From: an uncultured Gemmatimonadales bacterium
GTDB taxonomy: Bacteria > Gemmatimonadota > Gemmatimonadetes > Longimicrobiales > Gaopeijiaceae
DNA length: 64,000 nt
Direction: 5' to 3'
NCBI GenBank assembly: GCA_963809895.1
Contig: CAWELD010000003.1
Coordinates: forward strand, 1,024,001 to 1,088,000
Both the position numbers and the translations under genes were made by a program. Under the pieces are notes generated by a model, which was given only the letters and a program-made list of their open reading frames with translations, ran no database searches and had not been told where the DNA came from. How positions within the stretch are numbered: the first letter of the stretch is position 1; each line of letters opens with the position of its first letter. Positions 9,341 to 18,306 of the stretch are shown here, piece after piece.

Positions 9341-10567
9341 ATGCCCGTCTCGAAATGCACCGTCTCGCTCGCGCTGCTGGGCTGTCTGGCCGGTGGCGTC
9401 ATGGGCGGGTGTGCGGACGTCGACCCACCGTCCGCGGCCATCGTGACAACAGACACGATCAACCGTGTCGTTCACGTGGCCAACCACGGGAGCGGGGCAT
9501 GGACTCCTGAGACGGCCTGGCGGGTGCGCGAGGTCTTCCGCCTGGGTGGCAGAGCGGAGCCGGCTGAACAGCTCTTCACGAGCCAACTCCTGGGCGCGGG
9601 TATCGGTCCTCGCGGAGATGTCTACGTGCTCGACCATCTGGCCGGCTTCATCTCGGTCTTTGGGGTAGATGGTCGGCTGATTCGAACCATCGGGCGGCGC
9701 GGCAGGGGGCCCTCCGACCTGGCCGCACCTACGGGTTTCACGTGGAGTGACGACGGGCATCTGTGGGTGTCCGATCCCGGAAACCGGAAGTACGCCGTGT
9801 TCGACACCACGGGAGCCCTGGTCGGCACCCACCTGCGCTCGGTTCAGGGATATCCCAGACGCCAGTACCCGTTGGTGTACGATTCGCAGGTTGGAATCAT
9901 CGATGAGGCTGCCTGGAGGGGGAGCCTGGTCCTCCTCCGGACCACCGTCGACGGGGAAGTCCACGACACGCTGATGATCATCGACCGCACCGGAAGCCCG
10001 TCTCAGGCGATGATGGATGCCTATGCACGGCTTCGCGGCCGTCCCGGGCCAGAGCTTGCGCGGGTAAATCAGTTCTACTCAAACCGAATGAAATGGGCGC
10101 TCGACCCCTCTGGAGGAATCTGGACAGGCTCACCAGCGGAACTCCGCTTCGTCAAGCGTGGCTGGAATGGTGACACGCTTCTGGTGGTCACGGCGGACCA
10201 TCGAGACGCAGAGCTCACGCCCGAAGATGAGCAGTTGATCTCGACTGCCATGCGCCAGGGCGACCTCACTCGTGACGAGATCAATCCGATCCGCCCACTC
10301 TTTCAGGCACTTCACGTGATCGAAGGCGGCTATCTGCTCGTGCAATTGGTGGATACGCCTGGCGTCGCTTCGCCTCGTTTTGACGTCTACGATCCGGCGG
10401 GCCGCTACCTTGGCGAATTGGACCTCGGATTCGCCCCCGACCGTTTGGGGACTCTGGGGGGTCGCGGCGACCTGATCGTCGCGCCGATGCTCGGAGACCT
10501 TGATGTGCCCTACGTCGTGGGCGTCGAAGTGATCCGTCCTTCTGCGGGGGCGTCCGGTCGCCCATGA
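9341..10567 (+). CDS. 6-bladed (NHL-like) beta-propeller lipoprotein
   Basis: Lipobox-like MGGC; VYVLD..ISVFGVDGRLIRTIGRRGRGP; FDVYDPAGRYLG near C-terminus. Confidence 0.8.
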   Translation: MPVSKCTVSLALLGCLAGGVMGGCADVDPPSAAIVTTDTINRVVHVANHGSGAWTPETAWRVREVFRLGGRAEPAEQLFTSQLLGAGIGPRGDVYVLDHLAGFISVFGVDGRLIRTIGRRGRGPSDLAAPTGFTWSDDGHLWVSDPGNRKYAVFDTTGALVGTHLRSVQGYPRRQYPLVYDSQVGIIDEAAWRGSLVLLRTTVDGEVHDTLMIIDRTGSPSQAMMDAYARLRGRPGPELARVNQFYSNRMKWALDPSGGIWTGSPAELRFVKRGWNGDTLLVVTADHRDAELTPEDEQLISTAMRQGDLTRDEINPIRPLFQALHVIEGGYLLVQLVDTPGVASPRFDVYDPAGRYLGELDLGFAPDRLGTLGGRGDLIVAPMLGDLDVPYVVGVEVIRPSAGASGRP

Positions 10568-11229
10568 CTCACTCCACGAGGAGCCACCGCAACTGGACCG
10601 AACGGCTTACCACTGTTCTTCTGGGCGTCAGCCTCGTCGCGGTCGTAGCCGTGTGGGTCGCCCGCCGGCCGGTGCGACCGCGGGTCATCCCGCCGATGGC
10701 CGTGTACAGTTCTGCCGTTTCCGATAGCGTCTGGGACGCGCTTGTCCAAGGCGGCCATACGACTGGAGATCGGGATGCGAGCGACACCTTGGTCGTCTTC
10801 TCCGACTACGAATGTCCGATCTGCAGGGCGGTAGCTCCGCGGCTCGACAGCCTACTGCTTCTACGGCCTCACCTCGCCGTCCTGCATCGCCACTTTCCCC
10901 TTCCAACCCATCCTCATGCGTTCGAGGAAGCACTCGCTGTTGAGTGTGCCGGTCGATTGGGCAAGCTCGCTGAAGGCCAGAAGGCCATGTACGCCAGGGG
11001 CGGCACTGCGGTAGATCCGACGGATGTGGCCAGGCAGTTGGGGATTGCGTGGGCTAGCTTCGACGAGTGCTGGCAAGGGGCGGACGCGCGCTCAGCTGTG
11101 GAGGCTGACTTTGCTCTCGCCATCGACCTGGCGCTGCCCGGCACCCCAAGCGTCTTCTTCTCGGGGCAGCGCTGGAGTCACTTCCCGGATCTTCAGCAGC
11201 TCCTCCAGTTGACCGAACCGGCAGGATGA
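10564..11229 (+). CDS. DsbA-family thioredoxin-fold oxidoreductase, membrane-anchored
   Basis: FSDYECPIC, HRHFPL, GTPS cis-Pro loop; N-terminal TM; ATGA overlap. Confidence 0.88.
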   Translation: MTHSTRSHRNWTERLTTVLLGVSLVAVVAVWVARRPVRPRVIPPMAVYSSAVSDSVWDALVQGGHTTGDRDASDTLVVFSDYECPICRAVAPRLDSLLLLRPHLAVLHRHFPLPTHPHAFEEALAVECAGRLGKLAEGQKAMYARGGTAVDPTDVARQLGIAWASFDECWQGADARSAVEADFALAIDLALPGTPSVFFSGQRWSHFPDLQQLLQLTEPAG

Positions 11230-11245
11230 GGGCAAGCGGGCTCGA

Positions 11246-11430
11246 GAGGATCCGCCGGCGCTCGCGTTGCGTGCTCTCCGCCGCCACGCAGGACCTCCTC
11301 GGCCAGGCTGAGGGCCGGGTGGCTTCCGAGCTTCTGGCGCCGGTGCGTGGGGGCACCGAATCTGTCGCAAGTTGTGAAACCGAACGAAACGCCCCGGAAC
11401 GACAATAGCCCCGGGACGTGGCTTGTTGCA
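11246..11430 (-). pseudogene. Possible remnant of an integrase arm-DNA-binding domain
   Basis: PGL...RRQKLGSHPALSLAE...DP resembles the P4-type integrase N-terminal LGxYPxxSLAEA..DP motif. Confidence 0.35.
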
Positions 11431-11470
11431 GCGATGTCTTGGGATGTGGCGGAACGCCGGCGCCTCAGGC

Positions 11471-12106
11471 CTACAGCACCCACTTCACCACCAGGAATCC
11501 CAACACGAGCAGGATCCCGAAGGCGATGCTCAGCAGGTTGAACCAGCGATCGATGAAGGCCGCGATGGGCTTGCCGTAGCGGTGAATGAGCCCGGCCACG
11601 ACGAAGAAGCGCAGACCGCGGCTCACGATGCTCGCCACGAAGAACACCGGAAAGGAGATGGCGAACACGCCCGACGACAGCGTGAACACCTTGTACGGGA
11701 TCGGGGTGAGCCCGGCCAGGAAGACGGCCCAGAAATCGTACTTCGTGTAGAGGCTACCCACCGTGGCGAACGACTCCGGTGTCACGCCGGGCACATGGGC
11801 GAAGAACCATTCGCCCACGACGCTCCAGGCGCCCGCCCCGAGCCAGTAGCCCACGATGCCGCCCAGCACCGACGCGCCCGTGGCCACCGCGGCGAAACGG
11901 AACGACCGCTTGGGCTTGCCCAGGCACAGGGCCATGAGAAGCGGATCGGGCGGGATGGGAAAGACCGACGACTCGGCCACCGACAGCAGGAAGAGCGCCG
12001 GCGCTCCGTAGGGTGTATCGGCCCAGTGCAGGACCCAGTCGTAGAGCCGCCTCAGGAACCCTGGCCTGCGCTCCCGGGCGTGGGTGGTGGCCGCGGCGTC
12101 GGTCAC
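11471..12106 (-). CDS. YqaA/DedA (VTT domain) membrane protein
   Basis: AESSVFPIPPD, GLTPIPYKVF, SRGLRF motifs. Confidence 0.88.
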   Translation of the reverse strand: MTDAAATTHARERRPGFLRRLYDWVLHWADTPYGAPALFLLSVAESSVFPIPPDPLLMALCLGKPKRSFRFAAVATGASVLGGIVGYWLGAGAWSVVGEWFFAHVPGVTPESFATVGSLYTKYDFWAVFLAGLTPIPYKVFTLSSGVFAISFPVFFVASIVSRGLRFFVVAGLIHRYGKPIAAFIDRWFNLLSIAFGILLVLGFLVVKWVL

Positions 12107-12783
12107 TCGCCGGGCTCCGGATGGAACGCGAATCGCCCCAGCAGGGGCACGAAGCGGCACTCGCCCTCGAGGGGCTCCTCGGTGACGATGCCCTCCTGCT
12201 TGCGCGCCAGGATCAGCTCCTGCCGCTCGCGGGTGCCCACGGGGATGAGGAGTCGCCCGCCCTCGGCGAGCTGATCGGTGAGCGCCGGTGGAATCGACGG
12301 CGACGCGGCGGACACCACGATGACATCGAAGGGCGCGTACTTGCGCCAGCCGATGGTCCCGTCCCCCACCATGAGCGCGGCGTTGCGGATCTCCAACTCG
12401 TCCAGCGCCTTGCGAGCGCGGGCCGACAGCTCGCGCACCCGCTCCACCGAGTACACGCGGTCGGCGGTGCGAGCGAGCAGCGCGGTCAGGAACCCGCTCC
12501 CGGTTCCGATCTCCAGCACCTTCTCGTCACGCTGGGGCTCGAGCACCGAGAGGTAGTACGCCTGCAGCGAGGGCTGCGACGCGGTCTGGCCGAAGCCGAT
12601 GGGCACGGGCGCGTCCTCGTACGCCCGGGGCCAGACGCCCTCGGGCAGGAAGAGGTGGCGCGGCACCTCGTCGAAGAGGCGCAGGATCTCGAGATCGTCG
12701 ATCCCCCGCTCGCGGATTTCCTCGATGAGCCGGCGGCGCTGGCCCACGAAGCGGTTGCCTCCGGGAATGTCCAGCGGCGTCAT
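12103..12783 (-). CDS. pcm: Protein-L-isoaspartate O-methyltransferase
   Basis: VPRHLF, IGFGQTASQP, VLEIGTGSGF, FVPL; adjacent to surE. Confidence 0.95.
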   Translation of the reverse strand: MTPLDIPGGNRFVGQRRRLIEEIRERGIDDLEILRLFDEVPRHLFLPEGVWPRAYEDAPVPIGFGQTASQPSLQAYYLSVLEPQRDEKVLEIGTGSGFLTALLARTADRVYSVERVRELSARARKALDELEIRNAALMVGDGTIGWRKYAPFDVIVVSAASPSIPPALTDQLAEGGRLLIPVGTRERQELILARKQEGIVTEEPLEGECRFVPLLGRFAFHPEPGE

Positions 12784-13532
12784 CCGAGGTCCAGCCCCCA
12801 GCCACGGATGCTCTCCATGAGCTGGTAGTTGGTGAGATCCAGATGCAGCGGGGTCACCGAGATGAAGCCCTCTTCCACAGCGCGGAAATCCGAGTCCGAG
12901 GGGCCGCTCCACGCCGTCGAGCCGCCGCCGATCCAGAAGTACTCGCGTCCCGAGGGATCCTTGGCCCGGGTCAACGAATCCCGATACCGCCGCCGACCCA
13001 GCGAAGTCACGCGCACCCCCTTCACGTCGCCCGCCGGCACCGCCGGCAGGTTCACGCTCAACAGCGTGTTCTCGGGGAATTCCCCCTGGTCCAGGAGCGA
13101 GCGCAGGAGGCTGGTGATCACCGGCTCCCAGCCCTCCAGCTCTTCGTGGTGATCCCCGGTGTAGGACAGGGCGATGGAGGGAATCCCCAGGACCGTGGCC
13201 TCCATGGCCGCGGCCACCGTGCCCGAATAGAGCACGTCCTCGCCCATGTTGGATCCATGGTTGATGCCCGACAGCACCACGTCGGGCCGGCCGTCGAGAA
13301 GCTCGCCCAGCGCCAGGATCACGCAGTCAGTGGGGGTGCCGTCGACGAACATGGTGCCGTCGGCGGCACGGCGCGCGCGTAGCGGATGATGCAGCGTCAG
13401 GGAATGACTCGTGGCGCTCTGTTCCCGGTCCGGCGCCACGATGGTCACGTCGCCCAGCTCGCGAGCCGCGCGCGCCAGCACGCTCAGCCCCTGGGCCAGG
13501 TAGCCGTCGTCGTTGGTACAGAGGATCTGCAT
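12780..13532 (-). CDS. surE: 5'/3'-nucleotidase SurE
   Basis: TNDDG, DGTPTDCV, SGINHGSNMG, YSGTVAAA. Confidence 0.96.
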   Translation of the reverse strand: MQILCTNDDGYLAQGLSVLARAARELGDVTIVAPDREQSATSHSLTLHHPLRARRAADGTMFVDGTPTDCVILALGELLDGRPDVVLSGINHGSNMGEDVLYSGTVAAAMEATVLGIPSIALSYTGDHHEELEGWEPVITSLLRSLLDQGEFPENTLLSVNLPAVPAGDVKGVRVTSLGRRRYRDSLTRAKDPSGREYFWIGGGSTAWSGPSDSDFRAVEEGFISVTPLHLDLTNYQLMESIRGWGLDLG

Positions 13533-13540
13533 GGGTGCGG

Positions 13541-13942
13541 CTAGTCGTCGTCTTCGGCGGGGGGCACGGTCAGCAGCTCCATGAGGGACTGCAATTCCGA
13601 CTTCATGGTGGCCAGGAACTCGGGCTCCAGCACCACCTGGCGCTCCTCTTCCAGGTCCCCCTCGCGGCGCAGGTCCAGGAGCCGCTGACGGGCGCCCTCG
13701 ATGGTGAATTTCTCGTCGTAGAGCAGGTGCTTCACCAGCAGCACGACCTCGATGTCCTTGGGTCGATACACCCGGTTGCCCGCCCGGTTCTTGTTGGGGT
13801 GCAGGACCTCGAACTGGGTCTCCCAGTAGCGCAGGACGTGAGGCTTGAGGCCCGTGAGATCGCACACCTCGCCGATGGAGTAGTAGGCCTTGCGTGCGAT
13901 GGGCTCAGCCAGGCCCGCGTCGTCCAGATCCATCTGCGTCAT
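13541..13942 (-). CDS. MerR-family HTH regulator
   Basis: YYSIGEV..LKPHVLRYWETQF..GNRVY..FTIEGAR. Confidence 0.9.
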   Translation of the reverse strand: MTQMDLDDAGLAEPIARKAYYSIGEVCDLTGLKPHVLRYWETQFEVLHPNKNRAGNRVYRPKDIEVVLLVKHLLYDEKFTIEGARQRLLDLRREGDLEEERQVVLEPEFLATMKSELQSLMELLTVPPAEDDD

Positions 13943-14949
13943 GACCATTCCTCCGGCTTGGGCTCCCGGGACATCAGGTTCTCCAGCGCCTCTCTGGGCC
14001 GTCGGCCCTCCGACAGCATGGCGTGGACCTCCGCGGTGATGGGCATCTCCACTCCGTGGCGGGCGGCGAGCTCGCGCACCGCCTGGGTCGTCTTCACGCC
14101 TTCGGCCACGGCCCGCATGTCGTGCAGGATCTCGTCCAGCGTCTCACCCTGGCCCAGCCGAAATCCCACGGTACGGTTGCGGCTCAATTCGCCGGTGCAG
14201 GTGAGCACCAGGTCGCCCATGCCCGCCAGCCCCGAGAAGGTCTCCCTGCGGGCGCCCATGGCGATGCCCAGACGGGTGATCTCCGCCAGGCCCCGTGTGA
14301 TGAGCGCAGCCCGGGTATTGTGGCCGAAGCCCAGGCCCGCCGCCACACCGGCGGCCAACGCGATCACGTTCTTGAGGGCTCCCCCCAGCTCCACGCCGAT
14401 CACGTCGGGGTTCGTGTAGACCCGGAAGAAGCGGTTCTGGAAGGCCGCTTGCACCTGACGGGCCGCGTCCGGATCGTGGCTGGCGGCCACCACGGCGGTG
14501 GGCAGCTCGCGCGCCACCTCCACGGCGAAGCTCGGCCCCGAGATGACGCTGAAGCGCGCCATCTGGTCCGGCGACAGGAACTCCTCCATGACCTGATCCA
14601 TGCGGCGGAGCGACCGGATCTCGATCCCCTTCGATGCGCTCAGCACCAGGGCGTCGTCACGCACATGGGGCATGGCCCGGGCCGCCACGTCGGCCACGAA
14701 CTGGGCCGGCACCACGGACACCACCAGCTCGGCGGGCGCCACGGCCTCGGCGAGATCGTCGGTAGCGTGCAGGTCCGGCAGGTCCACGTCGGGCAGATAG
14801 ATGTCGTTGCGGTGACGCGCGAGCACCGAGCGCACCACCTCCGCCTCCAATGCCCACAGCGTGACCTCGTGGCCGTTCTTGGCCAGGACGCTGGCCAGGG
14901 CCGTCCCCCAGCTTCCCGCTCCCACCACCGCCGTACGCATGCCGCTCAC
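13939..14949 (-). CDS. gpsA: NAD(P)H-dependent glycerol-3-phosphate dehydrogenase
   Basis: GAGSWGTALA, SGPSFA, GGALKNVIA, GDLVLTC, SRNR. Confidence 0.96.
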   Translation of the reverse strand: MSGMRTAVVGAGSWGTALASVLAKNGHEVTLWALEAEVVRSVLARHRNDIYLPDVDLPDLHATDDLAEAVAPAELVVSVVPAQFVADVAARAMPHVRDDALVLSASKGIEIRSLRRMDQVMEEFLSPDQMARFSVISGPSFAVEVARELPTAVVAASHDPDAARQVQAAFQNRFFRVYTNPDVIGVELGGALKNVIALAAGVAAGLGFGHNTRAALITRGLAEITRLGIAMGARRETFSGLAGMGDLVLTCTGELSRNRTVGFRLGQGETLDEILHDMRAVAEGVKTTQAVRELAARHGVEMPITAEVHAMLSEGRRPREALENLMSREPKPEEWS

Positions 14950-15551
14950 GAGCTCGCCCTCCCGAATCGATTCTCCTCACCCCGCAGCAGACGTCTCACG
15001 TTGGCCCGGTGCGCCCAGACCACGAACAGCGCCAGCGCCACGGTGAACCAGATCAGCGCCCGCCCTCCCGCGTGGGGCGTGAAGATCACCGCCACCGGCA
15101 GTGCCACGGCCGCCGCGATGGAGCCCAGCGACACGATGCGCGTCGTGAGCACCAGCGCGACGAAGACCACGAATCCCACCAGCACGGCCCACGGCGCCAG
15201 CGCCAGGAAGACCCCGGCGCTCGTGGCCACGCCCTTGCCTCCCCGGAAGCGAACCCACACGGAGAACACGTGGCCGACGATGGCTGCGGTCCCGAAGGCC
15301 AGGGTCCATCCGAAGGTCGGCTTCACCAGGAGCGAGGCGAACAGCCAGGTGGGCAACCACCCTTTGAACACGTCGAAGAGCATGACGGGCAGCGCCGCCT
15401 TCCAGCCCAGCTCCCGGAAGGTGTTGGTGGCGCCCAGGTTGCCGCTCCCGCGGGTCCTCAGATCGACCCCGTAGACCCCCCTCCCCACCAGGTAGCTCGT
15501 GGGCACGGCGCCCAGGAGATACGACACGGCCAGGAGGAGGACCGGGTTCAC
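14946..15551 (-). CDS. plsY: Glycerol-3-phosphate acyltransferase PlsY
   Basis: GSGNLGATN, FRGGKGVAT, HRANVRRL..GEE. Confidence 0.95.
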   Translation of the reverse strand: MNPVLLLAVSYLLGAVPTSYLVGRGVYGVDLRTRGSGNLGATNTFRELGWKAALPVMLFDVFKGWLPTWLFASLLVKPTFGWTLAFGTAAIVGHVFSVWVRFRGGKGVATSAGVFLALAPWAVLVGFVVFVALVLTTRIVSLGSIAAAVALPVAVIFTPHAGGRALIWFTVALALFVVWAHRANVRRLLRGEENRFGRASS

Positions 15552-16867
15552 GAAGAGCTCGACTCCCGCAGAAAGATCCGAAGCGGGGTCCCCGAGAAGC
15601 CCCACCGCTTCCGGAAGGTGTTGTGGATGTAGCGAATGTAGTGATCCGGCACCGCCTTCGGGAAGTTCGAGAACACCACGAAGGTGGGCGGCGCCACCGA
15701 GACCTGGGTCGCGTAGCGTAGCTTCACCTGCCGGCCACGCGAGTGGGGCGGCGGCTGGTGAGCCACCACCTCCGCCAAGGCCTCGTTGACCTCGTGGGTC
15801 TCCACCCGCCGATGCCGCTGATCCTGCACCTCGAGCACCAGGTCCAGCGCCTTGCGCACCCGCTGGCCGGTGAGCGCCGAGGCGAACAGGAAGGGCACCC
15901 ACTGCAGGAAGGGCGCCCGATCGACCGCGGCCCTCACGAAGGCCCCCGCCGTGGCTTCGTCCTTCTCCACCAGGTCCCACTTGTTGACCACCACCACGAG
16001 GCCCGCCCCGGCCTCCCAGGCGTGCTCCATGACGCGCAGGTCCTGCACGGTGATGCCCTCGGTGGCGTCCACGAGGGTCAGACACACGTCGGCCTCGCGC
16101 ACCACGCGATCGGTACGGAGCGCGCTGTAGTACTCCAGCGAGTCCTTCACCTTCGACTGCCGACGGAGGCCCGCCGTGTCCACGAAGACCAGCGAACGGC
16201 CGTGGTAGGTCATGAGCGAGTCCACCGGGTCGCGCGTGGTGCCCGCGATCTCGCTCACCACGACCCGCTCCTCGCCGAACAGCCGGTTCACCAGCGACGA
16301 CTTGCCCACGTTGGGCTTTCCCACGACCGCCACACGGATCGTCGACGGATCGGGCTCCTCCACCGGCCCCTCGGGCAGCTCCGCCACGATGCGGTCCAGC
16401 AGGTCGCCCGAGCCCTTGCCCGACGCCGCGCTCACCGGCTGCGGCTCGCCCAGGCCCAGCTCCCAGAACTCGTGGTGCGCGAGCTCCCGGGGCAGGTTGT
16501 CCTGCTTGTTCACCGCCAGCACCACGGGCTTGTCGGCCCGGCGCAGGATGTCGGCCAGGCGGGCGTCCAGCGGGTGGAGGCCCTGCTTGCCGTCCACCAC
16601 GAGCACCAGGACGTCGGCCTCCTGGATCGCCATGAGGGCCTGCTCGCGCACGGCCCGGTCCAGGGGCACGTCCGAGTCCTCGATGACGCCCCCGGTGTCC
16701 ACGATGAAGAACTGCCGCCCCGCCCAGTCGGCACGGGCGAAGTTGCGGTCGCGGGTCACGCCGGGACGGTCGTCGACGATGGCCACCCGGCTCCCGAGCA
16801 CGCGGTTGAACAGGGTGGACTTGCCCACGTTGGGGCGGCCTACCACGGCCACGACGGGTAGCGTCAC
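15548..16867 (-). CDS. der: Ribosome biogenesis GTPase Der
   Basis: Two G domains (GRPNVGKS, GKPNVGKS), KH-like C-terminus. Confidence 0.97.
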   Translation of the reverse strand: MTLPVVAVVGRPNVGKSTLFNRVLGSRVAIVDDRPGVTRDRNFARADWAGRQFFIVDTGGVIEDSDVPLDRAVREQALMAIQEADVLVLVVDGKQGLHPLDARLADILRRADKPVVLAVNKQDNLPRELAHHEFWELGLGEPQPVSAASGKGSGDLLDRIVAELPEGPVEEPDPSTIRVAVVGKPNVGKSSLVNRLFGEERVVVSEIAGTTRDPVDSLMTYHGRSLVFVDTAGLRRQSKVKDSLEYYSALRTDRVVREADVCLTLVDATEGITVQDLRVMEHAWEAGAGLVVVVNKWDLVEKDEATAGAFVRAAVDRAPFLQWVPFLFASALTGQRVRKALDLVLEVQDQRHRRVETHEVNEALAEVVAHQPPPHSRGRQVKLRYATQVSVAPPTFVVFSNFPKAVPDHYIRYIHNTFRKRWGFSGTPLRIFLRESSSS

Positions 16868-18138
16868 AGTTCCTCGAGGGCCGAGGCCACGGTGTAGCCG
16901 GGCAGCACGCGGGCCGGCGCCAACGACGCCACCACCTCGGCCAGCGGCATGGAGTCGATGAACATGTCGTCGGCGTTGAGCGCCTCCGCGGGCAGGAGCA
17001 CCACGTCACCCTCCCGCAGGTCCTCCGACAGCGCGCGCACGAAATCGGACCCGGCCAGTAGACCCGCCACCGACACGGTGTCGCCGAAGAATCCGTTGGC
17101 GACCTGAACCACGTCCACCCGGGCGCCCGTGGCCTCGGCCAGCGCCCCGGCACGCTCCCGGAAGAAGGGCGCCATGGACGAGCCGGTGGCCAGCCGGAGC
17201 CTGCGCCCGTGCAGCGCAGGCAGCTCCGGCAGCGTGGCGTCAAGATCGTCCAGCAGGGCCCGGACCGCTCCCACGCCGTTCTCCGTCAGGCTCCCGTCGT
17301 CGTAGTAGTCCGGCTGGGGCAGCTCACGCCCCGCGATCAGGAACATCTCGTCGGCGGCGTAGGCCCAGCCCTCGCCCCGCTCCTCCAGCGCCCGGGCTCG
17401 GGCCCGCTCCACCTGCGCGATGGCCTGCTCCGCCTCGGCGGGCGTCAGCAGACGCACCGGACGGTCCAGGTTGTAGCGGGTGAGCCCCACCGGCACCACG
17501 GACAGGCTCCGCACGGCGGATCCCACGCTCCACAGGTCGTCGATGGTGCGGTCCAGGTGCGGGCCGTCGTTCCATTCCGGGCACAGGACGATCTGCGTGT
17601 GCACGTCCATGCCGTGCTCGGCGAAGGTGCGCAGATGCTCCATGATCAGCCCCGCGCGCTCGTTCACCAGCAGGCGCCTGCGCACCTCGGGCTCGGTGGC
17701 GTGCACGCTCACGTACAGCGGCGAGATGCGCTGATCGATGAGGCGCTGGATCCCCTTGGGCCCCAGGTTGGTGAGGGTGACGTAGCTTCCGTAGGTGAAG
17801 GACAGCCGGAAGTCGTCGTCCCGGAGCCACAGCGACTGGCGCACGCCCTGGGGATTGCCGTCGATGAAGCAGAACACGCACTTGTTGGCGCATTCGCGGA
17901 TGGTGTCGGGGGCCGGTACGATGCCCAGGCCCTCTCCCGGATCCCGGGCGATGTCGTACACCACGGCATCGCCTTCGGGCGTCACGGTCTCGAGCTCGAG
18001 ATCGGGCTCGGCCAGAAGGAAGGTCAGATCGATATTGTCGCGCACGCGCTGGCCGTTGATACGGATGATGCGCGTGCCGATCTCGAGCTGCAGCTCTTCG
18101 GCGATGCTGCCGCCTTCGATCTCGGCGATGCGGACCAC
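16864..18138 (-). CDS. PDZ + radical-SAM-like DUF512 protein
   Basis: CANKCVFC, DDDFRLSF..GSYVTLTN, ENGVG motifs. Confidence 0.85.
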   Translation of the reverse strand: MVRIAEIEGGSIAEELQLEIGTRIIRINGQRVRDNIDLTFLLAEPDLELETVTPEGDAVVYDIARDPGEGLGIVPAPDTIRECANKCVFCFIDGNPQGVRQSLWLRDDDFRLSFTYGSYVTLTNLGPKGIQRLIDQRISPLYVSVHATEPEVRRRLLVNERAGLIMEHLRTFAEHGMDVHTQIVLCPEWNDGPHLDRTIDDLWSVGSAVRSLSVVPVGLTRYNLDRPVRLLTPAEAEQAIAQVERARARALEERGEGWAYAADEMFLIAGRELPQPDYYDDGSLTENGVGAVRALLDDLDATLPELPALHGRRLRLATGSSMAPFFRERAGALAEATGARVDVVQVANGFFGDTVSVAGLLAGSDFVRALSEDLREGDVVLLPAEALNADDMFIDSMPLAEVVASLAPARVLPGYTVASALEEL

Positions 18139-18306
18139 GAACCCTCCTTCGACGAACGTTCCTGCAGAGCTGATAAAGCTAACCGAACCGGGCATTTGCC
18201 TCAATTCATCGAGACACCGCTGGAACCCTCCCACCCCGCCTCGCGTAGATCGAACGGACGGACCGGGACACCCCCGGTGAGCACGACTCCAGGAGCGAGG
18301 AAGCCT

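Noticed and set aside
8926..11229. Classical RiPP cluster (lanthipeptide, ranthipeptide, bufferin-type)
   Set aside because: No LanM, radical SAM/SPASM, YcaO, MNIO or peptidase-ABC exporter nearby, and the leader is a Sec signal
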